Shown: one piece after another, positions 1 to 12,794 of the stretch
Position numbering within the stretch: the stretch's first letter is position 1
Layout of the letters: every line of letters starts with the position of its first letter
Source of the DNA: Felis catus
Taxonomy: Eukaryota
Assembly: GCF_018350175.1 (NCBI RefSeq)
Contig: NC_058382.1
Span: forward strand, 56,422,001-56,486,000
DNA length: 64,000 nucleotides
Reading direction: 5' to 3'
The notes under the pieces: generated by a model
What the model saw: the letters and a program-made list of their open reading frames with translations, nothing else
Database searches by the model: none
What the model was told of the DNA's origin: nothing
Translations under genes and position numbers: made by a program

Positions 1-688
1 CTTTCCTGAAACAACAAAACTAAGCCAATCTCCTCTTTTGCAGGTCTTTAGGTGATGCCCAAAACTATGCTCCCCCCCCATCTCTCTATGTCTCCAATCA
101 GTTAAGGGGCTTCACTGTGTTAATCCTATATAGAACAGACCACCTTGGTTCTCCCTCAAATACATGCTTCCTTTAGGGCCCCTACGTCATGTAACCTCTA
201 CCCGTCCCCATATCCCTTGGAGAGAACACACCATACAACATGATCTGTTATGGAGTAATCACCCACAAGGCAGTTATTGGACAGTTATTTACCCATGACT
301 GTTTTAAAGGATTAGTTACCATAACCTGAGGGGAACCCGTAATCCATACGCAACCCCCACCAAGAGCCTTCCATTTATTGTGCAACTTATGAAACCCTTT
401 GCCAAAGTCTTTATTGACTTGTAGTTTGTATGGTCCTTTCTTGTTGGACTTCCCTTAGAAAAACCGTATTGTATAAAGATGTTCACCCAAGTTGGTCTCA
501 TTTCACCCATGAGCCTGTTAATTTTCAGGGAGCACACCGCTCTACTCTTTAAAATGCGTGTGTTTCATTGGGATCATTTAATTAGGCAAGCCACTCTAAA
601 TGACTCTCGTAGGAAGATACCAGAGTATCTCTCATACCTCAAGCCCAAGAAGCAAAGCTGGTCCTTACCAGAAATTGATAAGCCATTT

Positions 689-712
689 TGAAATCATGAA
701 ATCATGAAATCA
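689..712. repeat. (TGAAATCA)3 tandem repeat
   Basis: Three exact 8-mers. Confidence 0.9.
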
Positions 713-809
713 AATGAAAGCTATGCAAGTTCATTAATTTGTGTACTTCTTTCCTTTCCTTTTTTACCATGTGGTCTCTCATTTCACTTTTTCTCTTTAC
801 GTAGCTTCT

Positions 810-1150
810 TTATTTATTACAAAATATTTAAGTGTCTACTATACATCATGCTCTGTTCATAGCCATGAACAAAGACCAAAGTCCCTAATAACATGGAACA
901 TTTATTTTAATGGTAAATAGAGATAGCAAACAGATAACTATGTCAGTTGATGATGGGTTAGTTCTGTGAAGGAAAACAAAGCAGGGTCATTGACATAGAG
1001 GATGATGTTGGAAGGGAAGCCACTTTTTTTTTAATAAGGTGGTCATGGAAGTCCTGACTAAATAAATGAATATAATTAGAGAAGTCAGGGACAGTGAAGG
1101 AATGAGTTATACAGATATATACTTGGTAATAGCCTGGTGAATTAAAGCCA
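810..1150 (-). mobile_element. L2 LINE 3' fragment
   Basis: caaaatatttaagtgtctactat...gttctgtgaaggaaaacaaagcaggg...aggtggtcatggaag resembles the antisense L2 3' end. Confidence 0.6.
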
Positions 1151-2649
1151 TTTGCCAGACACCACTGGGAAAGAGGACTGTGATATTTTGGTTGAAAAAT
1201 ATAATTTAAAGATGAAGCCTGAGGCATAAAATTAAGTAATGCCGAAGAGGATAATTCACCATCTACAGGGCTTGAGCCCATACTGGCTTCATATACACAC
1301 AGATATCCACTGTCTTCCCTTTCTGTTTTCCAAGTAGACCATGTTCTTTGTCAAGGTCTATACTTAGGGTCTGAAAGGGTCTCCCCAAAATGGTACACTT
1401 GGCTTTTATCCTGATAAGACTTTCAGGCTCCACAACCTATGCTTAGCTAACCGACTCAGTCTTTTCCTGTCCCAACACCAGGCTTCCTAAGGAGATTATC
1501 TGATTGGCCAGGCTCAGCTGTTGGATAGGATCCTTTTGGTTCATCGGAGAGTAAACCCAGGGCTGAAACAGGGGTAGGCCCAAGAAAGGCATTTTGGGGG
1601 AAATGGCAGAAAAACAGGATAGGAGGATATGTGTGGACAAAGCAACAGTTGAGGCTGAAGATAGGGATGGGTTGTAAAATGAACTACTGAAGGAGCCTGA
1701 ATTTTCTCTGAAAGTGAAATCTTTCCCAGAAAGATTTCAATCACATGTGACCCAATTGTGAGAGACAGTTACTGCTTCAGGGAATGAGGAACTTCGAAGG
1801 CATGCACAGGTCCTTGTAACCAAGGTGCATGTGAGGCAGAATAGAATGCCAGGCTTCCAGTTGAAAATGATTGAAATTTTATTTATATTTGACACTGCTT
1901 GTGTTTCCAAGCATCAGACTTAACATTAAAATTTGTCCTGAATTATAAGAATAATAAGAATAAGTATTGAAACTCTTGGCAAAAGGGCAGCCAACATGCA
2001 TTTCCAGGGAGAAATTGTTCAATTGTTCGTGTTTATTACTTCCAAACGGGAATCGCTCCAGGTTCATAATGCTGATTTTGTTACATTGCTTTCTCTGAAC
2101 TGTGGTTCAGATGAGTGCATAAATATTTGGTTTAATATTTCTTTGGGAACTGTAAAAATCTGAACTGATGGAAGGGAGAGGAGCAGAGCGATGGCGAGGG
2201 GAAGTTGGTAAGAGATTAAGTGTGTATATTTCAACAGTGCCCAAGGGGCATGATTAATTTATTATCCTTTTAGATGGCAGAACGCATGCAGAAACCTCCA
2301 CATTATGCCATGACTATGACAAAGCTAAGAGGGTGTGAGCAGGTAAAGATATTCCTGCCAAGAATTTGATGTATGGAGAGAATGGGTGACCCATTGGATA
2401 CATATAAATCTGGGAATGGAGACTTGAAAGTCCCTAATGTTGGCTCTGTCACTGGCATAAGGCCTGAGATGAACATCTCTGCTCTCAGCCTTAAGGCGGG
2501 GGGGGCGGGGGGCATGTCACGAGGAGGCCAGACCTGAGCACTGTCAACAGCGCCAGGCTCTGAATCTTTGTTGATTCTATTTCTGGGCTGCTCCCACACA
2601 AGCCAGCACACATCCATTGGTTGGCCATATGGAGTTGGGCCTAAAACCA

Positions 2650-2830
2650 TGGGTCCTGGATACTTGGATTCAAATCCGAAGTTATTCCCTAGCTAACTTT
2701 GCCAAGGCTTGTGGGACTCAGTTTCTTCCTCCATAAAGTGAAGATTAGTATAAATACCTATTCCACTGAGTTGTTGTAAGGATTAAATAAACTACTGTGT
2801 GTAAAATGTTTAGAATAAAGTTTGGCAAAG
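2650..2830 (+). mobile_element. MIR
   Basis: ggattcaaatcc...ctcagtttcttcctccataaagtg...gttgttgtaaggattaaataa MIR core. Confidence 0.7.
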
Positions 2831-2989
2831 AGTTTGTGTTCAAGGAAAGGTAGCTTCTGTCCTTCTCCTCCCCTTCTTCTTCATCATCACCATCATCATC
2901 ACCATTTAATAGTTATAAAAAGAACGACTACCTTAAATTATTGAATATTTTATGTATTTATGCATTGCATATCTCTCGGATCATTTACT

Positions 2990-3130
2990 TGCCGTAATCC
3001 TTTTGGGAGAGACATTATTTCCCCCATTTTGCAGAGAATGGGAATGAGGCTCAGAGAGGCCACACTGCTTACAAAAGTTCATGTTGCTTGTGAGCTCTGA
3101 GCTGGGATGCAGACATATTTTTACCTATCT
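2990..3130 (-). mobile_element. MIR
   Basis: attatttcccccattttgcagagaatgggaatgaggctcagagagg, antisense MIR core. Confidence 0.65.
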
Positions 3131-3155
3131 TTCCATCCTGTTCTTTTAAACCCTC

Positions 3156-3570
3156 TGTGCATTAGTCAGGATAGGCAGGCTCTGCTGCGGTGATAAGCAA
3201 ATCCTAATTTCAGTTGATCAAAGTAACAGAGGCTTAACTAACCTCCATGTCCACTGAGAGTTAGGTGTGGGCTCTGTTCCTCCTTGTTATCATTCTTTCC
3301 CTAAGATCTAGGTTGATGAAGTCACTATTATCTGGAAATTGCTGGTCACATGGAGAAGGCAAAATCAACATGGATAAGCACATCATAACTCTTAAAGCTT
3401 TTGCCTAGAATTAGCTGAAGTGACACATAGCACTTTCAGTCACACTTCATTAGCCAAAGCAAGTCACATCGCCAAAAGCAATGTCATGTATCGGGGAAAT
3501 AGAGCCCTACTATGTGCCAAGAAGGAGAGGAGACAGAGTATTTAGACACAGCTTCAGTGACCACTTCCTA
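3156..3570 (-). mobile_element. MaLR LTR (MLT1J/K-like)
   Basis: tgtgcattagtcaggataggcaggctctgctgcggtga... and cattagccaaagcaagtcacat, typical of old MLT1 LTRs. Confidence 0.65.
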
Positions 3571-4090
3571 CTATCATATATCTGAGTCATAAATAGATTA
3601 GACAGCAAGGATAGAAGATGTGGAGTTTTTACCAGAAATTTCAGGGACCATCTTGATTGTCTGTAGAACCAGAAGAGTCAAGGTCAAGGAAGACATTTTG
3701 AAGGGACCCAATGAGAAAGGGAGTATAACTCACAGCCTGCATTAAGAAACCAGAAATTCAAGAAGTGACATCTAAGGATCCCAGTTATTCTCTTGGACAC
3801 AAAGGGGTCCAAAAGTGTGATACTAGTGGGCAATGAATGAACTTTGGGTCCAGACAAGCAAGGTACAATGCCTGAAGGATCCAAAATGACTCTCTTTCTC
3901 TGATCTTCTGTGGCATCTTCCAGCACATCTGTGCTCTTGCATGATCTAGACTTCAAAGAATGCATAGAACTGAGAGCCCGTGGAGGTCTACAAACACTCT
4001 GCGACTCATAAATGGTCAATAAACGCTTTGAATGGAAAAAAAGGAGGTGGAGAGAGACAGTGTATTAGAGGAAGGAAAAGTCATGGAAGT

Positions 4091-4305
4091 GGGGCGCCTG
4101 GGTGGCTCAGTTGATTAAGTGTAGGACTTTGAGGTCAAGATCTCAGGGTTCATGATGTCGGGCCTTGTGTCGGGCTCTGTGCTGACAGCTCAGGGCCTGG
4201 AGCCTGCTTTGGATTCTGTGTCTCCCTCTCTCTCTGCCCCTCCCCCACGAACGCTCTGTCTCTCTTTCTCTCAAAAATAAATAAACATTAAAAATTAAGA
4301 AAACA
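4091..4305 (+). mobile_element. CanSINE (felid type) with 14-bp TSD
   Basis: ggggcgcctgggtggctcag head, (CT)n/A tail; TSD AAAAGTCATGGAAG at 4076-4089 and 4306-4319. Confidence 0.95.
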
Positions 4306-4432
4306 AAAAGTCATGGAAGAGAAACTGACCATGAGGCTGAGTAAGAGGTGGTAAGAGTTTGGTGTATATTTTTAACAAACAGAAACTGAGCTCCTGCAGT
4401 GAGAACAGCATTGTGCCACTTAGAAATTTAGA

Positions 4433-4642
4433 TACATGGAATCCTACATCTGTCCTTTTGTGACTGGCTTATTTCACTTAGCATGTCCTCAAGTTTCATC
4501 CATATCACAGCATATGTCAGAATTCCCTTCCTTTTCAAGGCTGAGTAATATTCCATTTCATGGATACAGCACGTTTTATCCATTCATCCATTGTTGGACA
4601 CTTGTGTTGTTTCCATATCTTGCTATTATGAATAATGCTGTA
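4433..4642 (-). mobile_element. L1 (L1MB-like) fragment
   Basis: ttttgtgactggcttatttcacttagcat...aaggctgagtaatattccatt...gctattatgaataatgctg, antisense ORF2 end/3'UTR. Confidence 0.85.
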
Positions 4643-4722
4643 GAATACTTATCCCTTCTGTGTGTCAATGTATCATTTAGTAAAGATGATATCGCACTCA
4701 GCCACTAACAACATTTTTTTAA

Positions 4723-4927
4723 GGGGCACCTGGGTGGCTCAGTTGGTTAAGTGTTAGACTTCAGCTCAGGTCATGATCTCACAGTTTGTGGGTTCGAGCC
4801 CCTCACTGGGCTCTGTGCTGACAGCTCAGAGCCTGGAGCCTCCTTCGGATCCTGTGTATCCCTCTCTCTCTGCCCCTACCCCCACTTGTATGCATTCTTT
4901 CTGTCTCTAAAATGAACATTAAAAAAA
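4723..4927 (+). mobile_element. CanSINE
   Basis: ggggcacctgggtggctcag head, B box ggttcgagccc, A tail. Confidence 0.93.
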
Positions 4928-5096
4928 TTTTTTTTAAAGATTAAAATTTTTTTAAAACCTCAAAAATTGAAATTTCCTAAGCCACATTATTATGTAAGTT
5001 GGAAATAAATGGTTAAAATAGTGTAAATACTCACAAATTAAGAAATACTCTCATAAAAAAATTCTACAGCCTAGAGAATATATGCAAAAAAGCATA

Positions 5097-5240
5097 GGGG
5101 TGCCTGGGTGGCTCAGTCAAACATCTGACTTCGGCTCAGGTCATGATCTTGCAGTCCATGAGTTCGAGCCCCGCGTTGAGCTCTGTGCTGATAACTCAGA
5201 ACCTGGAGCCTGCTTCAGATTCTGTGTCTCCCTCTCTCTG

Positions 5241-5277
<37 letters not shown>

Positions 5278-5286
5278 AAAAAAAAA
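5097..5286 (+). mobile_element. CanSINE
   Basis: ggggtgcctgggtggctcag head, (CT)n then poly-A. Confidence 0.93.
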
Positions 5287-6205
5287 GTGTAAACTATCCG
5301 AAAATAAGGTAAAAAAAAAAACCACTCACAAATTAACATCGAATGCTACAGAACTCAGCATAAGCTGTAGTCAGGCATAAATGTCTTTGTTATAAAAGAA
5401 GAGAAACCAAAGTAGTGTGATGATGGTGTTACTAGAAGAGGCATCATGGCGAGTTGAGACGTCCCGTCATCTGTGCTTCTTTCCAAGGGCACCAGCCTGC
5501 CCTCAACCTCAGTGACCTCCAAGGCACCATGGGAACCCTTGGAACTTGGTGCTGAACAGAGCCAGCCCCAGGTAGGATGAGAACCACAGGATTAGACGGT
5601 GGTTCTCTGGCTCTCGTCATCCTTCCGTGGATTGTCAGGGCGCTGGCTCGGTGTTCCTGCACCACGGGATTGGGGCTCCTGGCCCTGGGTTTTTCCCAGT
5701 TCTCACTAATTTATGACCTACTGTCCGCAAGTAGCTGAGCAACACGAGGGTGGGGCAAGGGCATGGATCCAACAGCTGCCCAGACAGCCAAACAGCCGAG
5801 TTCAAAGGCATGTCAAGGACTAAACCACAGCTGGGAATTAATTAGTGCTTACAGATCACCTTAGGGAATGGATCTAATGATAAAACAAATGCCTTCTGAT
5901 AACTATAGAAGGCAGTAAATGGGTTTTTTTTTCCGACTACTTAACATGGAATAGACATCTTCAAAATTCGCATGTATGCCAAGCTCCAATAATTCCTCTT
6001 ACATGTTTAAAAAAGTGATATTTTGACTGTATAAGTAATATAGCCTCATTGCCTGAAACCAAAAATATTCTAAGAGTGAAGGAAAAAAGTACACCTCTGT
6101 CTCCATCTTCCAAAGACCTATACTGTTGACATGTGATTTATCCTCTTTGGTGATTCTGGCGGGGGAGTGGGTTAATTATTTTCTGGGTTTTCAGCCTTTT
6201 GATCA

Positions 6206-6207
<2 letters not shown>

Positions 6208-6249
<42 letters not shown>
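6208..6249. repeat. (GT)n microsatellite
   Basis: About 21 perfect units. Confidence 0.97.
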
Positions 6250-6253
<4 letters not shown>

Positions 6254-6570
6254 AGTCTTCTCTCCTTTGAAAAGAAACATCTCTAGATTTTCTAAATAGC
6301 GGAGGATCCGAGGCATCGATTTTGTTGGATGTGACAGGGAAGAAGTGCCAAAGTATTCATCTTGACACTGCTTTGTCGACAGGCACAATGTCTACTCAGA
6401 GAGTCCCCCACAAGTGGACCTCAGCAGATTATTGGGATAGGGAGGGTTGGAAGTCCCTTCCCAGCTCCTGGGCATTACTACTGCCTGGGAAGTAACTTTG
6501 GCAATTTGTAAAAAGAAAAATGGAAAGGCATTGATGCCCCACAGGTAAAGTGACCACATTTTTAAAAAAT

Positions 6571-6776
6571 TATTTTAATGTTTATTTTTGAGAGAGAGAG
6601 ACACAGACAGAGCGCAGTCTGTGAGGGAGGGGCAGAGAGAGAGAGACACAGAATCCGAAGCAGGCTCCAGGCTCCGAGCTGCCAGCACAGAGCCCGATGT
6701 GGGGCTCGAACCCATGACCCATGAGATCATGCTCTGAGCCAAAGTCAGATGCTTAACTGAGACACCCAGGCGCCCC
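6571..6776 (-). mobile_element. CanSINE
   Basis: Ends cacccaggcgcccc; cacattttt on both flanks. Confidence 0.93.
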
Positions 6777-7411
6777 CACATTTTTTTTACAAGGTTGGTA
6801 CAACAGACCTTATTTTTATTTTCAATATGTGAGTTGGGATTTATAAGCATTTTGTGATCACATAAAAACATGCAAAACAAGTTTCACTTCTTCACTCAAA
6901 GCTTTCATCAAGTATCTTCTCTGTTCCTGGCCCAAGAAATCTTAAAGAGAATAAGAAATAAATAGCCCAAGGACAGTCACCACCAACAACAAAGAGGCCA
7001 TCTGCTCTCTGTGCTGGAATAGATCTCGCCAGGGAGCAGGGCTACGCTCAGAGGACGAGGTTCATTCCTCACGGAACAGGGCAGAGAAGGGGAAGAGAAA
7101 CATCAGTAAGTGGGCAGGTCCTGGTGCTGAGTCCAGGAAGACGAGGAGGGGTCTCCAGCAGACAGGCTTGGGGACGGGCGTCCAGCTGACCTAGGTCCAG
7201 AGAATGTGAGCTAAGTTCAGAATGCCTGTGGTTGGTTGTGGCCGAAGTTAGAATTGTAGAAGCAGGTAGAGACCCATCAGGAAGGCCCCTGGGAATAGAC
7301 CCTGGGGGCAATAGGGAGCCATGACAGTTTCTAGCCTGGGAATCTCATGGTGGTTAGGTATGTATACATTTTAGAATGACCATTCTGGTTGCAATTAGAA
7401 CAGGAAGTGAG

Positions 7412-7630
7412 AGAGGCACCAGGGTGGCTCAGTTGATTAAGCATCCAACTTCAGCTTAGGTCATGAACTCAAGGTTTGTGGGTTCAAGCCCTGTGTCAGG
7501 CTCTGTGCTGACAGCTTAGAACCTGGAGCCTGCTTCAGATTCTGTCTCCTTCTCTCTGCTCCTCTCCCACTTGCTTTCTCTCTCTCTCTCTCTCTCTCTC
7601 TCAAAAACAAACATTAAAAATTTTTAAAAA
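7412..7630 (+). mobile_element. CanSINE
   Basis: ggcaccagggtggctcag head, (CT)n/A tail. Confidence 0.92.
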
Positions 7631-7949
7631 GAATAGATGAGAAAAGAGAAATCAGAAACATGGAAGCCAGTGAGGAGTCTATCGCATTTATTTATTTACT
7701 TACTTACTCAGCACGCAAATATTTATTGTCCTATGTACCATTCTAGGCCCTGAGGACAAAACAACCAAAAGTCTCTAGTGGAGGTCTGAGTTGGAGTATA
7801 GACACCCGATTTCGGGGCCAGAAGCCCTTACAGCAAACAGGGTGTACAAAGCCTGGTGACTGTCCTGTTTCTATATTGAATACGTTTTCCAAAGGGGAAA
7901 AACACTGATGTCAGTACAATTAAGGAAAAGTCCGGACCCACACAGATGC

Positions 7950-8230
7950 CCAGGATGGGCGACGAAAAACCACATGGACAGAAGGCTATGTGGGGCTCTG
8001 GATTGGATTTTGGATCGGAAAAAGCTAGAAGCAGAAAAACCAGTGAGATCTGAATACGCAGAATCTGGAGCTTAGTTAGCTCAGAGCCATGTGTCACTGT
8101 TAACTTCTCAGTTGTGACCATGGTTACATAAGATGTTAACATTTGGGGAAACTAGGTGAAAGGTATATGGGAAGTCCATACCGTTTGAAACGTTTCTGTA
8201 AATGTAAAATCATCCCCCAAAGCAGTTTAT
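7950..8230 (+). mobile_element. Old L1 (L1MC/ME-like) 3' end
   Basis: agatgttaacatttggggaaactaggtgaaaggtatatgggaa...ttctgtaaatgtaaaat. Confidence 0.7.
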
Positions 8231-8786
8231 ATATGAACTTTTCTAATGCATCTCAGCCACACTGAATAGGGGGGAGATGTGGAGTAATTTATACAGAATG
8301 ATCTAACTTCGGTAAAAAATTTTGAAACTGCTGTATATTCTATGAATGCACATATGTGTATAAATTCATAGAAGAAGACCTTAAAACCGCACTCAACCTG
8401 ATGCTGGAAGCAGAGGACGGAGGTTAGAACAGGACTTGGGGGATTCAACAGAGGGCCTTGCTCTGTCCATCGCGGGGCCACAGCCCTAAGAAGTATGCAG
8501 CACGAACGTCCTTTTGCAATTCAGATCCACCTATCACTGCGTGCTCCAGGCCTCCATATTTCTTGTCCCTCTCTGGTGCAGAGGACTCTGGTCCCCGCTG
8601 TGCTCTGCCACCGATAAGGCCTGCGTGCTGGCCACCCCATGGCTCCTTGGGAAGTCACTCTCCCCAGGTATGCTGCAAGATGCCCGAGTGCTATTCACAC
8701 GCCCTTCCCGGGTGTCAGCACCCGGAGCCCAAGCTCGGTCTCATCATTAGCTATCGTTTTTTCCCATTCAAACTCTGAGGGTAAGT

Positions 8787-8791
<5 letters not shown>

Positions 8792-8835
<44 letters not shown>
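8792..8835. repeat. (AG)n microsatellite
   Basis: Near-perfect AG run. Confidence 0.95.
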
Positions 8836-8836
<1 letters not shown>

Positions 8837-9035
8837 AATCCCACTGTGAAAAGAAGTGTTGAATTGCAAAGAGTAATAGGAAAGACCAGCTAATTGTGAA
8901 GCCTTGCTATGTGGTATAATGGGTGCTAACAACGCCTGCTGAGCAGAGACTCGAGGCAGGATTTGTTCTGAACAGGAGGAGTGCCCTGGATTTCTGATAT
9001 CCCATCACATTAAACAACATAAAACCGAAGGACCA

Positions 9036-9040
<5 letters not shown>

Positions 9041-9066
<26 letters not shown>
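9041..9066. repeat. Poly-C (26 nt)
   Basis: Uninterrupted C run. Confidence 0.95.
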
Positions 9067-9892
9067 GCAGCCAGGACGGCCCTGGGCAGTTTTCGGGACT
9101 TTACATAGTGTAATAAAGCTCATCTGGAAACCCATTGGACTAGCATGAACCAGCTTCGAGGTATGGCGGTGGGGGGGGCCCTCCATGGGTTTGTGGCCAC
9201 TGCACGCCTCTATCTCCCCAGATCAGTGAGGCTGGAGTGGGCTGGGGTCCCTCTGAAGTCCCACCTAAGGACCCAGACTCGTGGCTTCTCCGTGGGACCC
9301 GAGCTCCACCCCACGCCTTCCTCTCCAAGGTCTCCCCCGGCCCTGGGGTGTTCCGATGCAGGTAGAGATGTCAGTCTCGGGAACCAGCAATTCTGTTCCA
9401 CGACATCCTAGAGAAGAGGTTTTTTAAAAAAAATAGTTCCCAACAGTGCTGTAGGTTTAAAATCGGTCTAGAGGGGAGTAGCAAGACGACCCAGCCTTCT
9501 TTCGGCCTCTGAACGGTAGCAGGGGAAACCAGTTCTAATGAGTATAGATGGGGCTTGTCAAACGGGGGGGATGCTCATGGGAATTGGCAGGGGCTCGACA
9601 AAGCCCACAACGCCGGACCCCCACCCCAAGGCTTCCTGATCCAGGCCTCTGGGTGGGGCCTGAGAAGTCGAATTCCAAAGGAGTCCATGCCCCTGCTGGT
9701 CCAGGGAACCATATCTTGAGACCATGGTTCTATGGAGCATGATGCCCTTCATGTCCCTGGGCTGGTGGCCCCATAATGCTCATTAGTCTGGGGGCACCAT
9801 ACTTGGTGTGGTTGTGGGCGCTCCTTCAAAGTGGACGCGGTTCTGAGGACCAGCAGGCAGATTCAATATATATGTTAAAAGCTAGACCTTTA

Positions 9893-10062
9893 GGGTCTCC
9901 TGGGTGGCTCGGCCGGTTAAGCGTCCGACATCCGCTCAGGTCGTGATCTCACAGTTCGAGAGTTCAAGTCCCGTGTCGGGCTCTGTGCTGGCAGCTCAGA
10001 GCCTGGAGCCTGCTTCAGATTCTGTGCCTCCCTCTCTCTCTGCACCTACCCTGCTCATGCTA

Positions 10063-10093
<31 letters not shown>

Positions 10094-10130
10094 CCTCCCT
10101 CTCTCAAAAATGAATAAACATTAAAAAAAA
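9893..10130 (+). mobile_element. CanSINE
   Basis: Head and tail intact; degenerate TSD taaaagctagaccttt / taaacctaggccttt. Confidence 0.93.
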
Positions 10131-10862
10131 TTTTTTTTTAAACCTAGGCCTTTCAAGATACAAATAGAGAGAGAGGATTGGCAGCACAAAGCAGAGGTGT
10201 TCACAACAGGACTTCCTCCTTCTGGGGGAAGAAGTCATTTAAATCCAGCAGCCAAGATGCTGCTTCTGTGAGGTCAAGTGACCAAGCTCCCCAAGAGCAA
10301 GGAACTTAGCCAGACCCAACCTCAGCAGAAAAAAGGTGGCCCTGTGGGGAGTCCAGAATTCTGAACTCTGAGTCCAGAATTCAGTGTTGAGCAGCAGGTG
10401 GAGAAATGGAGAAAAGGGAGGGGGAGTGGTCATAGTTGACCCAAGAGAGCCTTCAGGACCTTCCAGAAGGTCTGGATCACTGTGCTCCCAGAGCTCTCTG
10501 ACTGGGGAAGTATCTGGAAAGGAGGTCAGAGCATGGAAAACTTCCCCAGCAGGCCTTGTCTGGGGCCCAGACGCGGTCAGAAGTCCACTCCTGTCCACTC
10601 CTGGGAGCAGGACAGCACAACAGCTCGTGTAGGGCTCCTGTCACATTATGTCTCTGCTCAGCACGGCCTTGGAGGGGACCTGCATGCCTTGGGTGTGCTC
10701 AGGGGAGTGAGAGGAAGAGGCTTTAATTCACAGTTGGGCCAAAGTGGTTAAAGGGGGACAGAGGGAGGGAGGTGACAACACAGAGCAGATTTTGTGTGAC
10801 TGCCCCTTCCCACAGTGAGATTGTCTCCAGAGCACTTCTCTTCCCAAACCACAGATGTTTGT

Positions 10863-11087
10863 GAGGCACCTGGGTGCCTCAACGCTCAGTTGTTTAAGCA
10901 TCTGACTCTTGGGTTCAGCTGAGATCATGATCTCACTGTTCATGGCCCCACATCAGTTTCTGTGCTGACGGTGTGGAGCCTGCTTGGGATTCTCTCCTCT
11001 CACTCTGCCCCTCCCCCACTGGTGCGCGCGCGCTCTCTCTCTCTCTCTCAAAATAAAAACAAATACACATTTTAAAAATAAATAAAA
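10863..11087 (+). mobile_element. CanSINE (older gcctgcttgggattct subtype)
   Basis: ggcacctgggtg head, ctctctcaaaataaa tail. Confidence 0.9.
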
Positions 11088-11124
11088 ATCAAAGAAATGT
11101 GTTCTCTTAGGGATTTAAAAAAAA

Positions 11125-11334
11125 TTTTTTTAACATTCATTCATTTTTGAGAGACGGAGAAAGACAGAGTACAAGTGGGAGAGGGGCAGAGAGAGGGGGA
11201 GACACAGCATCCGAAGCAGGCTTCAGGCTCCGAGCTGTGAGCAGAGCCCAACACGGGTCTCAAACCTACAAACTGTGAGATCATGACCTGAGCTGAAGTC
11301 AGACACCTATACAGCTGAGCCACCCACAAGCCCC
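11125..11334 (-). mobile_element. CanSINE
   Basis: Antisense copy; TSD TTAGGGATTT at 11107-11116 and 11337-11346. Confidence 0.93.
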
Positions 11335-11469
11335 TTTTAGGGATTTTTTTTTTTAATGTTATGGCTAAGATGTTTTTTGATGCCTGAAAGTCTCAGTCTT
11401 ACCCAATAACAATGATGGCACGATTTTGTTACAATTATTACTCTGAGCATGGGTATCATTAGCTACAAT

Positions 11470-11625
11470 TCATTGAGCCCCTTCTGTTCACCAGGAAGTA
11501 CACTTTGCACACAATATCTCACTAAACCCTCACAGCCCTGAGAAATAAGGGGTGTTCTCTTCATTTTACAGATAAGGAAACCAAGAGCCAAGAAGGCCAT
11601 GTTCAAGGTCACAGAGCTGGCCTTT
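11470..11625 (-). mobile_element. MIR
   Basis: cattttacagataaggaaacc...ttcaaggtcacagagctgg. Confidence 0.65.
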
Positions 11626-12089
11626 GACCAAGCTAGGACTGGGACATGGGTTTGTCTGAATGGTGGTGTTTTTTTATTAAGCAGATACTGGCACTGTTTC
11701 CTGCCATATGCCAGGCACTGTGCTGGGCACTGGGATCCAGGGGTGAGCCCAATATGCGGAGGCTGCTGACCTCATGGGCTCCCAAGCAGTGGGGAGTGGG
11801 TCAGGGGGGAGAACATCAGTTGGATTAAATCAAGTCAAGCAGCGATTAAAAATCCGTTTCCTCAGAAGATATCACATGCCTTAGTTTAAATCTTGCTTTA
11901 GATGACATTTTATGTTAATCTTAAAAAAGCAAACAGAGATAATTGGTGTTTAATCAAAACTCTCAATGTATTTAAGTAAAATTTTCAATCAGAAAAAAAG
12001 AAAAAACTTGCTCTGTGGAACTGTCGGTCTCTGACTCAACTGGGCACGGCAGAGGAACCTGGGTAGAAGGGTCACGCTGCCTTAGGCAC

Positions 12090-12123
12090 CACTGCCACCT
12101 GGTGGCAGCCGCCGGAATTGCAG
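12090..12123 (-). promoter_or_regulatory. Predicted CTCF site (core plus upstream motif)
   Basis: Minus strand reads CTGCAATTCC-GGCGGCTG-CCACCAGGTGGCAGTG: the CTCF core with the TGCA-containing upstream module. Confidence 0.7.
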
Positions 12124-12467
12124 GCTAGGTGGCCCCAGCCATGACCAGCCTCTGAGGGAGACTGACTCCACCAGAAGGCGCCTTTCCTGTTCTAGCCACC
12201 GAAACCCTCCAGGTACAGGTGACAGTGTTCCAACAGTGTTCCCCAGGTGCCTGTTCACTTGTAAATTGGTTACAGCTGGATCAGTACAGCTTTCATTTAA
12301 CTGTTCTGCATGTTTGTTTCTGACCTTTAAATTGTCAGACCGAAAAACATGGTTACCATCGAATTCTTGTTCACAGATATAGATGATAAAGTGACATTAA
12401 ATACAGATGAATAATTAGGCAGACTCTAGAACCAATTCATGCAAATAATAATTCTCTCTTTAGTTGG

Positions 12468-12524
12468 GTATCTTCAAACGCTATTAAAATTAAAATCTGT
12501 GAGTATCTTCAAACGCTATTAAAA
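12468..12524. repeat. 22-bp direct repeat (35-bp period)
   Basis: GTATCTTCAAACGCTATTAAAA at 12468-12489 and 12503-12524. Confidence 0.9.
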
Positions 12525-12794
12525 AAAAAACAAACGAATTAAATTTGGCTCCTAATTACCCCTGAACCTCACTCAAACCCCACGAATAACTCCCAGTTTC
12601 TGGAATTTTGTAGGCTCCCTCTCGTCTGCCTGCTGCCTGTGTCTGTGCGGTTCCCTCTGTCTAGAACTATCTTACTCCATCAATCTCTATCATCTGAATT
12701 ATCTTCAAATGTCAAATCAAGGCTGACAACCTGTAGGGGGTTCTCTTAAATTCAGAACTAGCATTGTTGCAGAGCAATATCCCTAAAGAAATGG

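Noticed and set aside
2534..2554. REST/NRSE-like motif CTGAGCACTGTCAACAGCGCC
   Set aside because: Mismatches in the critical GGACAG core and in the left half-site.
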